Source: an uncultured Clostridium sp.
Lineage (GTDB): Bacteria; Bacillota; Clostridia; TANB77; CAG-508
Direction: 5' to 3'
Assembly (NCBI GenBank): GCA_948442365.1
Contig: CAOJRU010000004.1
Span: 4,304-68,303, forward strand
DNA length: 64,000 bases
Position numbers and translations under genes: made by a program. This document shows positions 48,803 through 59,970 of the stretch, piece by piece. How positions within the stretch are numbered: the stretch's first letter is position 1; every line of letters begins with the position of its first letter. The notes beneath the pieces were generated by a model, which saw only the letters and a program-made list of their open reading frames with translations, had not been told where the DNA came from and did no database searches.

Positions 48803-50585
48803 GTATTTCTCCTTTTTCTTCTTTTAAACTGATTCCTAATAATAATGGTAAACAAGTAAACAAACTATACACATATCTTGGCTCTCCAAATACTGGAGAT
48901 GCTAAAATAGTAATCCACATACATAATACTGGCATATAAATTAAAAGTAAATTATATTTTTTAGTATAAATGCAATATGTCATTCCAAATACCATTATCC
49001 AAAATAAAAATCCTATACTCAAAAACATACTAATAATTGGAATTTTTCTTGTATTTACAAATTCATTTATACGATCTAAAAAACTAAAGTCAACTAATGA
49101 TTGTTGTTGAATTCCGTAATCTTTCCCATTATTATGGAAGTCTTCTTCATTAACGCCTGTATATATTCCCCATCCTAAAGTATTTGGATAGTAATAACCA
49201 AAAGAATTACAAATCCAAGAGGCTATGGTTTGCATTGGATATTTTACTGCTAATTGTAAATAAGTTTTTAGTAAGGTTCTCTTATCTTGTTTAAAAACAT
49301 CATCTGGTGCTTGGTTTTTAATAGGATCGGCAAATACTGGATTGTATAATTCCTCTATATGTTCCATTGGCAAATAGTGAGCAATAGCTTCTTTTTCTTG
49401 TATTGTTAATTCATTTCCTTTATATTTTGTTATTCTTGCAAACTGTTGTAAAACAATCGAAAACGCTTCCTTAGAAGATCCTTTCTCTATCTTACATAAG
49501 TTATAAATAGGACCTACTACAATAAGGCAACTTACAATTCCTGTTAAAAAAATAAGTCCTATTTTTATTTTATATTTTTTAACCATCAGCATAATAATTG
49601 GAAGGGTTAGTATCATAACATACAATCCATTGTTTCTAAAGATAGCTACTAAAAAGCAAGCTAATATGGTTAATAGTATTCTTATTTTATGTTTCATAAA
49701 GTTTTCTATATTAGTTGCTATCTCTGTCATACAGATTGTCAGGGCCAACATGGCTAAAGCAAAAGGGATGTCTTTATACATAGTAATCGTTAAAAAAGAA
49801 ATAGTAGGACATAGTGCATAAAATAAAACACTACCAGCTCTTATTGGCAAAGCTACTTTCTTTTTAGCCATATAATAAATACTATAAGAAAATAGAAAAC
49901 ACGTTGTTAATGTTTGGATTAAAGTGTAAATAAAAGCTCCAAAATTATAACTTCCTGTTACCCAATGTCCAAATTTAATACACAATGTAATAATTGCTGT
50001 ATGAATTGGTGGATGGTGTGTAGTAAACTCCCAATCTCCCATTCCTTGCATAATTTGTACTGTAGAATCAATTAACACATTACCTGGATAATAATATAAT
50101 AGATATGGCAAATATGCCATTAAAAAGATAATGGCTACAACAAAAATTGACTTTTTATTTCCCGTAAAAAATGGATATTCTTTTTTTGATTTCAGTTTTA
50201 ACATCACATTTGGCAAGCTTCTCATCATAATAATGGTAATAGATGTTATTACGACAAAGCACACTTCTGCTTTGCACAAAAGCATTAGTATTTCTTTTTT
50301 CGCAATTCCTATATTTCCAACCAAATATCTTTCTGCTGTATAGCCTGTTATAGCAAAAATAGATGTTATGAATCCAAAAAACATAGAGCAAATAAACAAT
50401 CTCTTACTTCCACTTTCAAATGCTCTCCCTAATAAAATATCAATTACCACCAATAGAATGATCCATTTGAAGTGATTTCCGTCTAGTTCAAAAGATCCTT
50501 GTACTACTTCTACACTCATACACAAAGTTGTGATAATTGCTAGGATAAATCTTACCATTCTTTTGTGCTTTTTTAATTTCCCCAT
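48795..50585 (-). CDS. polytopic membrane protein, paralog of 28969..30753; candidate GT-C glycosyltransferase
   Basis: 596 aa. Conserved blocks with 28969..30753: YKDIPFALAML, FRNNGLYVMILT, ASPVFGEPRYVYSLFTCLP. Confidence 0.4.
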   Translation of the reverse strand: MGKLKKHKRMVRFILAIITTLCMSVEVVQGSFELDGNHFKWIILLVVIDILLGRAFESGSKRLFICSMFFGFITSIFAITGYTAERYLVGNIGIAKKEILMLLCKAEVCFVVITSITIIMMRSLPNVMLKLKSKKEYPFFTGNKKSIFVVAIIFLMAYLPYLLYYYPGNVLIDSTVQIMQGMGDWEFTTHHPPIHTAIITLCIKFGHWVTGSYNFGAFIYTLIQTLTTCFLFSYSIYYMAKKKVALPIRAGSVLFYALCPTISFLTITMYKDIPFALAMLALTICMTEIATNIENFMKHKIRILLTILACFLVAIFRNNGLYVMILTLPIIMLMVKKYKIKIGLIFLTGIVSCLIVVGPIYNLCKIEKGSSKEAFSIVLQQFARITKYKGNELTIQEKEAIAHYLPMEHIEELYNPVFADPIKNQAPDDVFKQDKRTLLKTYLQLAVKYPMQTIASWICNSFGYYYPNTLGWGIYTGVNEEDFHNNGKDYGIQQQSLVDFSFLDRINEFVNTRKIPIISMFLSIGFLFWIMVFGMTYCIYTKKYNLLLIYMPVLCMWITILASPVFGEPRYVYSLFTCLPLLLGISLKEEKGEIHA

Positions 50586-50598
50586 TTTTAATCACCTA

Positions 50599-51537
50599 TT
50601 ATTTTTTTAATTCTTTCAATTTATCCGCATATTCGTTCAGTTTGATTTCAAAATCTTGCTTACTCCTTTTTACCATTGTTTGTAAAATTAAACCTCCAAA
50701 GAAAGATTGAATACTACAAATATAGAAAAATACACTTGCTACAAAAGATGGCATTTTGGGTACTAGACCTGTTTTGGCATAATCAATTAAGACTGGTATC
50801 AAAAATCCTGTTCCAATCACAGTTAATAAAATGGTAATCCAAGTAAAAAATGATAATGGTCTATAATTCTTATATAAAGTTCCAATTGTTTTTAATACTT
50901 TAAATCCATCTGAATACGTATTTAATTTAGACTCGCTACCTTCTGGTCTATCTCTATATTCAATAATTACATTTTCGACTCCCATATTTTTATCTAAGGT
51001 ATGAATTGTCATCTCTGTTTCAATTTCAAATCCTTTGGATAGCACTGGAAAAGTTTTTACGAATTCATAACTAAAAGCACGATACCCTGTCATAACATCT
51101 CTAATATCACTTTTATATATCATATTAATAAGTCTTCTGACTAATACATTTCCTATATTGTGAAAAGGTCTTTTATTTTCTGTAAAATACGTAGAAGATA
51201 ATCGATCTCCAATTACCATATCAGCATCTCTTTCTAATACAGCTGCACACATTTCTTTTGCATATTCTGCTGGATAAGTATCATCTCCATCTGTCATGAT
51301 ATAACACTCAGCATCAATATCACGAAACATGCTCCTGATAACATTTCCTTTTCCTTGTTTTCTTTCATAACGAACAACCGCTCCTGCTTTTTTAGCAATT
51401 TCATCGGTTCCGTCTTTTGAATTATTGTCATATACATAAATGGTTGCTTCTGGCAATTCTCTTTTAAAATCTTCAATTACTTTTTGAACTGTTTTACTTT
51501 CGTTATAACATGGTATTAATACAGCTATTTTATCCAT
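50599..51537 (-). CDS. GT2 polyprenyl-phosphate glycosyltransferase (GtrB/DPM-like), second copy
   Basis: IAVLIPCYNESKTV ... YVYDNNSKDGT ... DGDDTY. Two C-terminal TMs (FFTWITILLTVIGTGFLIPVL ... VFFYICSIQSFFGGLIL). Confidence 0.75.
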   Translation of the reverse strand: MDKIAVLIPCYNESKTVQKVIEDFKRELPEATIYVYDNNSKDGTDEIAKKAGAVVRYERKQGKGNVIRSMFRDIDAECYIMTDGDDTYPAEYAKEMCAAVLERDADMVIGDRLSSTYFTENKRPFHNIGNVLVRRLINMIYKSDIRDVMTGYRAFSYEFVKTFPVLSKGFEIETEMTIHTLDKNMGVENVIIEYRDRPEGSESKLNTYSDGFKVLKTIGTLYKNYRPLSFFTWITILLTVIGTGFLIPVLIDYAKTGLVPKMPSFVASVFFYICSIQSFFGGLILQTMVKRSKQDFEIKLNEYADKLKELKK

Positions 51538-51548
51538 TTTGATTCCTC

Positions 51549-52724
51549 CTATAATTTCACAAATTCTTTTACTAATTTTTCACATTTTTTATCAAACTCT
51601 TTTTTCCAAGCTTGATACAAATTCATAATCTCTTCTTTATTCTTTAGTACTTCTATTATCTTATCTTTTATATATTCCGCATCATCTTCTTTTTCTAAAA
51701 TAACATATTCTCCTAATTTGGTTCCCACAAAATAATCATTGTTATTGCCCAATAAGCAAGGTACTCCCATTTCAAAACTCTCTAAAGGAAACATTGGTGC
51801 ATTTTCCGTAAAAGTTGGATAAATGTTAATATCATTTTGTTGAATTCTTTTCATTAATTCTTCATTGGGAATATAATCATCTATACTTGTTGTTTCTAAG
51901 TTCAAAATCTCTGTAAATTGTTTGGCTCCTGCATTAATAGGAACCACATCTGCTATACTATTTGGTACTAATTTCATAGCACTTAGTGCTGTATAAATAT
52001 TTTTTAATTCTCTTGAATCGGCATTATAAATTCCAATTTTCGTTTTTTTATTTTGATGGTTTGCCATTTTGCCTGCGTTTTCTTTGTGTACATTATTTTG
52101 TAAGTAAAACGATTGAAACCCTACCTTTTTATAAAATTCATACATTGTGCTTCTTACAAAAGCAAAACAATTAATTTTTCCGTGTTTATACAATTGCATT
52201 ACTTCTTTATTCAGATTCCAAGTAAAGTCAGAAAAATATTCATAACAATTTCCATGCCAAATTACTTTGGTTTGTATTTCCGGATTTTTCTTTTTAATCT
52301 CTTCTATTATCGTTGTCCAGCCATCACAAATTTGACTAAAAATAACAGATTTAATAGAATAATCCACTATTGTTTGTCCTATTGCTTGTATTTGTTTTTT
52401 GCCATAAACATGTTCTAATGGTACAATATTTTCAAATAATCCCATAGTAGAAGCTGCTACCCCCAACCAAGTTGGATTATAAAATACAATATAGTCTTTT
52501 TCTTGATACTGTTTTATTTTTTCGATTGCTTCTTCTGCCCTTTTGTTATATTTGCTATTTTGTTCTTTTACTTCCTTACTATGCGTTATTTTATATTTCA
52601 TAGTACTTAACAAGTGATATAGTTTGCGTAATACTTTATATACGAAACTATCTTTTTTGATAAAACTTTTGAAAAAACTTTTAATTTTTTGCAATCTTCT
52701 TTTTCCTTTCTTATTTTTATCCAT
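51549..52724 (-). CDS. GT-B fold glycosyltransferase, divergent GT4-like, paralog of 52717..53700
   Basis: C-terminal YPTFTENAPMFPLESFEMGVPCLLGNNND parallels the GT4 E-x7-E/EAMA-G-P motif. It shares its C-terminal third with 52717..53700. Confidence 0.5.
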   Translation of the reverse strand: MDKNKKGKRRLQKIKSFFKSFIKKDSFVYKVLRKLYHLLSTMKYKITHSKEVKEQNSKYNKRAEEAIEKIKQYQEKDYIVFYNPTWLGVAASTMGLFENIVPLEHVYGKKQIQAIGQTIVDYSIKSVIFSQICDGWTTIIEEIKKKNPEIQTKVIWHGNCYEYFSDFTWNLNKEVMQLYKHGKINCFAFVRSTMYEFYKKVGFQSFYLQNNVHKENAGKMANHQNKKTKIGIYNADSRELKNIYTALSAMKLVPNSIADVVPINAGAKQFTEILNLETTSIDDYIPNEELMKRIQQNDINIYPTFTENAPMFPLESFEMGVPCLLGNNNDYFVGTKLGEYVILEKEDDAEYIKDKIIEVLKNKEEIMNLYQAWKKEFDKKCEKLVKEFVKL

Positions 52725-53700
52725 TGATAAAATCTTCTATTGTTTTTTGTGCTTGTCTATTATATTCTTGTTTCCAATTTTGATATAGTTTTTGTATTTC
52801 TTCTTTATGAGTTAGCATGTTTTTTACCATTTCGGAATTAATAATAGGATTATCTTCTGCTGTAGTTACGACATATCTTTTTAATTCTTCCTTTTCTTCG
52901 AAAAAGTCCATATTATTTCCTATCAAGCAAGGAATTCCTAATTCCATACTAATAAAAAATACTGGATGCACATATTCTGTAAAAGACGTAGCTACCATGA
53001 CATCATTTTTACTTAGTTTTTGTATGAGTTCTTTTTCTTCTATTTTGTCTACTTTATCTGGAGAATTCTCAATTTGCATGGTATTTAAAAAATCCCCCAT
53101 TCTCTCATCTAAGTCATTATAATTAAGATGACAATTATCGATAAACTTAGCCATACATAATTGATTAAAAATGTTTTTGTCCCAAGTATAGTTTAAGGGA
53201 TAAACTCCTAGTTCTATTTTTTCCCTTTGTGAGTCTATTTTGATTTTTTTATTTTCTTCCAACCTATAATTTTCTTTCAAATAGGAACAAGTATAACCTA
53301 ATTTTCTATAAGTTTCATATTGCCCTTTTCTTAAAAAAGCAATATTTTGTATCATTCCCTCTTTTGCTAATTTCAATAATTTGAAAAAATTCTCTCGTTC
53401 ATATTCATAATATAAAAGGCTATCTTGTGTATTGCAAATTACTTTAATTTTTAAATTAGGATATTTTTCTTTACTATCTTTTATTAACTTGTCCCAACCT
53501 ATTTCTAGTCCAGAAAAAATAACTTGTTCGATTCCTTCTTTTGCATATTGTTCTATTATTTTCATGTTGTTATGATGATCAAACTCTGTCCATCCTAAGC
53601 TAATTGCTTGTGAATTCTTAAACATATTCGTAATTATGATATTGTCTTCTGGTTTTTTGTCCCCAAATAATAAGATATATTTTTCTTTTTTGGTATCCAT
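52717..53700 (-). CDS. GT-B fold glycosyltransferase, divergent GT4-like, paralog of 51549..52724
   Basis: SFTEYVHPVFFISMELGIPCLIGNNMDFF ... LYQNWKQEYN, matched to the paralog's LYQAWKKEFD. Confidence 0.5.
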   Translation of the reverse strand: MDTKKEKYILLFGDKKPEDNIIITNMFKNSQAISLGWTEFDHHNNMKIIEQYAKEGIEQVIFSGLEIGWDKLIKDSKEKYPNLKIKVICNTQDSLLYYEYERENFFKLLKLAKEGMIQNIAFLRKGQYETYRKLGYTCSYLKENYRLEENKKIKIDSQREKIELGVYPLNYTWDKNIFNQLCMAKFIDNCHLNYNDLDERMGDFLNTMQIENSPDKVDKIEEKELIQKLSKNDVMVATSFTEYVHPVFFISMELGIPCLIGNNMDFFEEKEELKRYVVTTAEDNPIINSEMVKNMLTHKEEIQKLYQNWKQEYNRQAQKTIEDFING

Positions 53701-53711
53701 TTATTTTCAAA

Positions 53712-55613
53712 TTATCCCTTTCTTAAGATTTTTCTTATTGTGGATTTTACATTTAATAAAGCTTTCATGTATCCTATATTATGATACACAATAAATGCTT
53801 CTTTCCATGTTTCCTCTCTTAATTTATTTCGGCACTTCAAAATATTTAATTTTTCTATGGTAGATAATTTTTTCTCTTTTTCTACATACTCTGCACTCCC
53901 AAAAGTATCATTAAATACCATACTATAATAGGCTTCAATCAATTCTTTACTTGGATTGTTTTTTATGCTTTTTATTAAATCATAGACACATTGTTTGGCT
54001 TCTTCTGCTTGATACGGATGGTATTTCATAGATTCATTAATGATTTTTGCTCCTTCTATCATTCCTTGTTGCAATGGTTTAATATATTGTTTTACAATAG
54101 CCATCTCTTCTGTTTTTGCTTTCCTAATTGCTTCTCCTTGTTGATATTCAATGACACTAGCTGTTCCCGGATTATAAATCCATTCTAGTAAAGTAATCAT
54201 ATCTGATACTTCATTATCTCGTATGTCTTTATCATCAATAAAACTTATTTTATGTGTATTTTCTGGTTGTAAATTGTAAAAATCATATAGTGTCAAATAA
54301 TAGCCATCTATTTTTTTGTTCGTAAATATATGAGCTAAATTATCTTGTATGGTTCCTCTCCATCCGATATCTACTACAAACATTGGCTGTTCGTTATTGG
54401 TAATTCCTTTCCTCTTTTCGAAATATGCTAATAATTCTTGTCGTTTTCTTTTTAAGTCTTGGTTTATTTTTTCTACAAATTCTTGATCTGCACATAATTT
54501 TTGTATTCTAATATCAAACCATGGCTCAATAATATCTTCTTTTGCATTAATTTCATATTTTTCTAAAAAAACTTCATATGGTTTTCTATCAATAGCTAAT
54601 GTTTTAAATAAAGCTTGTACGCTTTGTTTCCTATATTGTGACCACAATCGTAATAATTCTAAGATGGAAAATTCTTTCATAGAAGCTGAAAATGTTGCCA
54701 TTCTACTGACTTCTAAGGTATCACATTCTGGTATTGGTACACCAAATGGATTGTTTTCTTGGATTAATTCGTGTATTTTAATGAATGTTTCTCCTTCTCG
54801 TGTAAAATAATATACTTTTGGTATGTTATTTTTAATCGCATATTCTACAATACTATAGCCAAAAAAATATAATAAAGGTGCTAAATCTACTCCCGTATTA
54901 AATAACTTGTCCTCTTTTTTGATGGATGACAAATCAAATTCAAATTTTCTTCCTTTTTCTGGAATAAAATTAAATTCTGTTTTAGTCATTTTAATGGTTT
55001 CAATTCCTAAGCTTTTCGCCATTTCAATGTCTGAAAATTGATTATCTCCTACATGGATGTGTTCTTTTGGTTTTATTCCTATTTCTTCTTCTGCTTTTTT
55101 GAATAAATTTCCTGTTCTCTTATTTAATAAATAATCGGCTGAACTATATATCTTTTCAAATTTTACTGGTAAGTCTAAAGAATCTAATAATTCTTTTAAT
55201 GCCTCTGCTCCCATATAAAAATCTGATATACAATATTTCTTTAAGTCTTTATATTTTTCAAAGATGGGTAAAATTTCTGGATTGATAAATATTACTTTTT
55301 TTTCTTGTTTTATTTCTTCTCTTAATAATTCTTCTGAAATGTCTTGTATTTCTCCTTTAAAAATTTCCTTTTGTAATTTTTGAAATACTTCTAAAATTCT
55401 ACATTCCTCATCTTTTCCCATTTCTTTATTTTTCTTACATTCTTCTACTTCTATAGCATTTCTTAATTTTAATATTTCATATATATTTTTATAATTTTCT
55501 TTTAATTGATTCTCATATTTTAGTACTATGTATTTTGCTGTATATAGTTTTGTTTCTTCTGGATGACATTTTCTTTTTATGATAGTATCCCATATGTCAA
55601 AACTTATAATCAT
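53712..55613 (-). CDS. large protein with an N-terminal HAD-like domain and a ~400-aa C-terminal domain of unknown function
   Basis: ISFDIWDTII (DxDxT) ... HVGDNQFSDI (motif IV-like). 633 aa. It is the first gene of the minus-strand glycosyltransferase run. Confidence 0.5.
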   Translation of the reverse strand: MIISFDIWDTIIKRKCHPEETKLYTAKYIVLKYENQLKENYKNIYEILKLRNAIEVEECKKNKEMGKDEECRILEVFQKLQKEIFKGEIQDISEELLREEIKQEKKVIFINPEILPIFEKYKDLKKYCISDFYMGAEALKELLDSLDLPVKFEKIYSSADYLLNKRTGNLFKKAEEEIGIKPKEHIHVGDNQFSDIEMAKSLGIETIKMTKTEFNFIPEKGRKFEFDLSSIKKEDKLFNTGVDLAPLLYFFGYSIVEYAIKNNIPKVYYFTREGETFIKIHELIQENNPFGVPIPECDTLEVSRMATFSASMKEFSILELLRLWSQYRKQSVQALFKTLAIDRKPYEVFLEKYEINAKEDIIEPWFDIRIQKLCADQEFVEKINQDLKRKRQELLAYFEKRKGITNNEQPMFVVDIGWRGTIQDNLAHIFTNKKIDGYYLTLYDFYNLQPENTHKISFIDDKDIRDNEVSDMITLLEWIYNPGTASVIEYQQGEAIRKAKTEEMAIVKQYIKPLQQGMIEGAKIINESMKYHPYQAEEAKQCVYDLIKSIKNNPSKELIEAYYSMVFNDTFGSAEYVEKEKKLSTIEKLNILKCRNKLREETWKEAFIVYHNIGYMKALLNVKSTIRKILRKG

Positions 55614-55797
55614 TCTTCTACATCCTCTCTTTTGCCTTTATTCTTTCCCATTCTATCATTTATTTATAATAGAATCAAGTTATATTATAAAAATAAATTA
55701 ATGTTCAGTCTATATTACATCAATAATTATTTAATAGTTGACTTAATAATATATTAATGATATAACATTACTATATTAAAAGAAAGGAGCTAGAAAG

Positions 55798-56394
55798 ATG
55801 GAAGAAAAAAAAGTTACTAAAATAAACTTATCAACATTCTTTTTAATTTTAGCAATCATTTTAATTATTGTAATGGGTATCTTTATATTTAAACTTTATA
55901 CCGAAAAAACTGAACTTACTGAAAACTCCATAAAACAGGAAGAAAAAATGTCTGGCCTTCAAAATAATGTTGATCGTTTAACATCTGAATTAAATGAAAT
56001 ATCTTCTTCAATTAATACAAATAATACAACCAATAATATAAGTAGTACTACAACAAAAACTGAAGAAAAACACTCAAATATCGAACATGATTTATCCTCT
56101 TATATAGGATTATGGGGAAAGTCGTCATCTAATGATTATTTATATGTATATAGTATAAACAATAATGAAATTACGTTTGATTTTGTTTACAATGGAAAAA
56201 ATATTGGTGATCATAATAAAGCAACACTTAATGGAAATACAGCATCCTTTGTTATAAAGGATGGAAATAATTCTTTAAATGGTAAAATAACGTTAGAAAA
56301 CAATCGCATAAATCTTAATATTATGGATTCAACATTTGACAATATAGCCAAAGGCACTATTACATTTTCAGATTATTTAGGACTTCAAAACTAG
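55798..56394 (+). CDS. membrane-anchored hypothetical protein (N-terminal TM; Asn/Thr-rich linker)
   Basis: AGGAGC RBS. TM FFLILAIILIIVMGIFIF. Confidence 0.5.
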   Translation: MEEKKVTKINLSTFFLILAIILIIVMGIFIFKLYTEKTELTENSIKQEEKMSGLQNNVDRLTSELNEISSSINTNNTTNNISSTTTKTEEKHSNIEHDLSSYIGLWGKSSSNDYLYVYSINNNEITFDFVYNGKNIGDHNKATLNGNTASFVIKDGNNSLNGKITLENNRINLNIMDSTFDNIAKGTITFSDYLGLQN

Positions 56395-56485
56395 CGTTAA
56401 AACTATAAAATGACTTTAAAATAATAATAATAATATATCAATTGAATTAGAGAGAATGTATAACATTCTCTCTGTTTTTTAATTA

Positions 56486-57253
56486 CTAATTGATATATTC
56501 CAATACATCATAATAATTATTATCCTTATCAATAGCTATCGCTGAACTATCTGCCCAACCTGAATTTGATAATTCTACTTTTTGCAATCTTATGATATCT
56601 TTCAATTCTTTGATGGCTCCTTGTGTACTTACCTTATCAAGCATATTTTGTAACTTAGAATATTCTACTGTCCCATCTTCCATTAAAAATATAAATGTAA
56701 GTCCCATAAATTGGTGTTCATCAGAAATTGTACAAGCATCCACTACTTTTTTAGTAAAACCATTTATTTTCTGTTTCGTTCCATTTATTTTTGTTTTACT
56801 AATATCTAATCCATATCCTTCGAATACGCTTGTTGCATTTAAAGCTGTCGTTATAGTAGGTACCCCATTTTCAATATGGATTAGAAAGCTTTTACTATCA
56901 TCTGATATGTTTAGACTATAATTTACTGAAGTATTTGTATTTTTAGCACTTGAAGTAAATAATGATGGCATTACCAATTGAGTTGTTTCACTATTTTTAT
57001 TTTCTACGGTTTCATTTGCTTTCATTGATGTGTTATTTGTCTGAGCTTTTTCCATTAAGTTGGTTGTTTCTGGATTTCCTTCCATTACATTTTTATCACT
57101 TATTTTTTGTTTTGCAATAGTGTCTTCTAATTCAGCTATTTTTGTATTATTCTTGTATAATAAAAATCCTCCTATTAACAATATGATTAAAATAATTATT
57201 ATACTAATAACAATCCCTAAACTTACTTTTATTGCCTTTTTTTCTTCTTTCAT
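56486..57253 (-). CDS. membrane-anchored hypothetical protein
   Basis: Start set at MKEEKKAIKV, with GGAGAGGAG before the ATG at 57253. TM GIVISIIIILIILLIGGFLLY. The track ORF extends to 57313. Confidence 0.45.
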   Translation of the reverse strand: MKEEKKAIKVSLGIVISIIIILIILLIGGFLLYKNNTKIAELEDTIAKQKISDKNVMEGNPETTNLMEKAQTNNTSMKANETVENKNSETTQLVMPSLFTSSAKNTNTSVNYSLNISDDSKSFLIHIENGVPTITTALNATSVFEGYGLDISKTKINGTKQKINGFTKKVVDACTISDEHQFMGLTFIFLMEDGTVEYSKLQNMLDKVSTQGAIKELKDIIRLQKVELSNSGWADSSAIAIDKDNNYYDVLEYIN

Positions 57254-57464
57254 ACTCTTTCTCCTCTCCTTTTTATTTGTAAAAATCATATCATAATATA
57301 CCATCTTATTCAATCACTTTGTCAAAATTATGTCATTTTGTTTCCATTTTTTTAAAAAACGGATTAACAAATTTTCATAAATATCTTGTACAGAACCTCC
57401 TACTACTAGGAGAACTTTCGTAAAATATAAAAAACTCACAACTTTTCTTGTGAGTCTTTTATTT

Positions 57465-58970
57465 TTATTTATATTGATTATCAATTTCTTTCAAAATAAC
57501 ATCATGTGCTCCACCTTCTGTAATACTGATATCAGAAACTAAAGTTAATCTTGCTTTTTCGTGGAATTCTGGGATGGTAATACATCCACAGTTACACATG
57601 GTTGATTTAATTTTAGCAACCGTAATTGCTAAATTATCTTTTAAGCTACCAGCATAAGGAATGTAAGAATCTACACCTTCTTCAAAAGAAAGTTTTTTAG
57701 CGCCTCCCATATCGTATCTTTGCCAGTTTCTAGCTCTATTGGAACCTTCTCCCCAATATTCTTTTACAAAAGCATTTCCTTTTTTGATTACTCTTGTTGG
57801 GCTTTCATCAAATCTTGCAAAATATCTTCCCATCATAACAAAATCTGCTCCTAAGGCTAATGCAATGGTAATATGGTAATCATGTACAATTCCACCATCA
57901 ATACATAATGGGATATAAATTCCTGTTTCTTCAAAATATTCATCACGAGCTGCTGCTACGTCAATTAGGGCAGAGGCATTTCCACGTCCAATTCCTTTGG
58001 TTTCACGAGTGATACAAATAGAACCTCCTCCTACTCCAATTTTTATGAAGTCTGCTCCTGCTTTTGCTAAATACATAAATCCTTCTCTATCGACTACGTT
58101 TCCTGCTCCTATTTTGACGTTATCTCCATATCTTTCTCTTACAAAGTCTATCGTATTTTTTTGCCAGATAGAGTAACCATCTGAAGAATCCATACAAATT
58201 AAGTCTACTCCTGCTTCTACTAGGGCTGGTATTCTTTCTTCATAATCTCTTGTATTAATACCTGCTCCTACAATGTATCTTTTATTTTCATCTAGTAAAG
58301 AATTTGGATTATTTTTTCTTTCTTCATAATCTCTTCTAAATACTAAATATTTCAATCTTTCTTCATCGTCTAAGATTGGTAAACAAGCAATTTTATTTTC
58401 CCAAATTAAATCATTAGCTTCTGATAAACTGATTCCTTCATGAGCCCATACTACTTTTTCTTTTGGTGTCATAAATTTGTCAATTGGTTCTTCAAAATTG
58501 TCTCTTGATACTCTATAATCTTTGTCGGTTACTAATCCAATGAATTTTCCTCTAGCCGTTCCATCATCTGTAATAATTACTGTTGAATGCCCTGTTTCTT
58601 CTACTAAATCAATGACTTGTTTTAAGGATGTTCCTGATTTTACATTGGAATCACTTACTACAAATCCTGCTTTGTGTTTTTTTACATGTCTAACCATTCT
58701 CGCCTGTGATTCAATGGATTGTGATCCATAAATGAAGGCAACGCCTCCTTCTCTTGCCAATGCAATTCCCATTTCTTCTCCTGATACTGCTTGCATAATA
58801 GCTGATACCATTGGTACATTAGCATAATATTTTGCCTCTTCCCCTTTTTTGTATTTTACTAATGGTGTTCTTAATGATACATTGGTTGGTATACATCTTT
58901 CATCTGTTAAATTTGGTAATAATAAATATTCATTGAATGTTCTTGAAATATCTCCTACAACTTTTGCCAT
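57465..58970 (-). CDS. guaB: inosine-5'-monophosphate dehydrogenase (IMPDH family, with a CBS pair)
   Basis: Catalytic loop [17 protein letters not shown] and GADFVMMG motifs. 501 aa with a CBS insert. Confidence 0.8.
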   Translation of the reverse strand: MAKVVGDISRTFNEYLLLPNLTDERCIPTNVSLRTPLVKYKKGEEAKYYANVPMVSAIMQAVSGEEMGIALAREGGVAFIYGSQSIESQARMVRHVKKHKAGFVVSDSNVKSGTSLKQVIDLVEETGHSTVIITDDGTARGKFIGLVTDKDYRVSRDNFEEPIDKFMTPKEKVVWAHEGISLSEANDLIWENKIACLPILDDEERLKYLVFRRDYEERKNNPNSLLDENKRYIVGAGINTRDYEERIPALVEAGVDLICMDSSDGYSIWQKNTIDFVRERYGDNVKIGAGNVVDREGFMYLAKAGADFIKIGVGGGSICITRETKGIGRGNASALIDVAAARDEYFEETGIYIPLCIDGGIVHDYHITIALALGADFVMMGRYFARFDESPTRVIKKGNAFVKEYWGEGSNRARNWQRYDMGGAKKLSFEEGVDSYIPYAGSLKDNLAITVAKIKSTMCNCGCITIPEFHEKARLTLVSDISITEGGAHDVILKEIDNQYK

Positions 58971-59162
58971 TTTTTACTCCTTCCTCATTTTTAGTTTTAA
59001 AAAATAAGATGTATGATACATCTCTCTCCTTTTTCTTATTTATCTATTATACTATATGATTTTCATTTTGTAAATAGGTAAACGCAAAAAGAATGCCATT
59101 TTCGACATTCTTTCTCCTATACTTTTATTTTTAATTATTTATGTAGAAATTTCTTAAACATT

Positions 59163-59423
59163 TTATTGTTCTACTGGATAAACGCTTACTTGTTTTTTAT
59201 CTCTACCTTTTCTTTCAAATTTTACAGTTCCATCCACTAATGCATATAGTGTGTCATCACTACCTTTTCCTACATTTGTTCCTGGATGCATTTTGGTTCC
59301 TCTTTGTCTTACTAGGATATTTCCTGCTAAAACAAATTGACCGTCAGCTCTTTTCACACCAAGACGTTTAGATTCACTCTCTCTACCGTTATGGCTGCTA
59401 CCTTGACCTTTTTTATGAGCCAT
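59163..59423 (-). CDS. rpmA: 50S ribosomal protein L27
   Basis: [24 protein letters not shown]... Confidence 0.95.
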   Translation of the reverse strand: MAHKKGQGSSHNGRESESKRLGVKRADGQFVLAGNILVRQRGTKMHPGTNVGKGSDDTLYALVDGTVKFERKGRDKKQVSVYPVEQ

Positions 59424-59479
59424 GCTTTCTCACTCCCTTCGGTTTCTTTGACGTTTATATCATTCGATCTTATTTCTAA

Positions 59480-59851
59480 TTAAGCTTCCGCTTTTTCAGC
59501 AACTTCTTCTTTTTTTGCTGTTGTTTCTGCTTTTTTAGCTGCTGTTTTTATAGCTGTAATTTCCACTTTCGTGTATGGTTGTCTATGTCCTTGTTTTCTT
59601 CTATAATTCTTTTTAGGTTTCATTTTGAAAACAATGATTTTTTTAGCTTTACCATGTGAAACTACGGTTCCTTCTACTTTTACTCCTTTTACATAAGGAT
59701 TTCCAATTTGTACTTTTCCTTCATCCGATACAAAAACTACGTTATCAAATGTGATTTTTTTACCTTCCTCTGCATCTAATTTTTCAAAAAATACAACATC
59801 TCCTTCTGCTACTTTGTATTGTTTTCCACAGCTTTCAATGATTGCGTACAT
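59480..59851 (-). CDS. rplU: 50S ribosomal protein L21 (with an A/K/E-rich C-terminal extension)
   Basis: [25 protein letters not shown] ... [13 protein letters not shown]. Confidence 0.9.
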   Translation of the reverse strand: MYAIIESCGKQYKVAEGDVVFFEKLDAEEGKKITFDNVVFVSDEGKVQIGNPYVKGVKVEGTVVSHGKAKKIIVFKMKPKKNYRRKQGHRQPYTKVEITAIKTAAKKAETTAKKEEVAEKAEA

Positions 59852-59970
59852 TTAAAATGCACCTCCCTTATTTGTATACTCGCTAATCCTTATTTTTCAG
59901 GCAATTAACTCTTGGTTAATATTTAGGTACCTTGACTAAGCGGATTACAGTTATCAATTCTAACATATTT

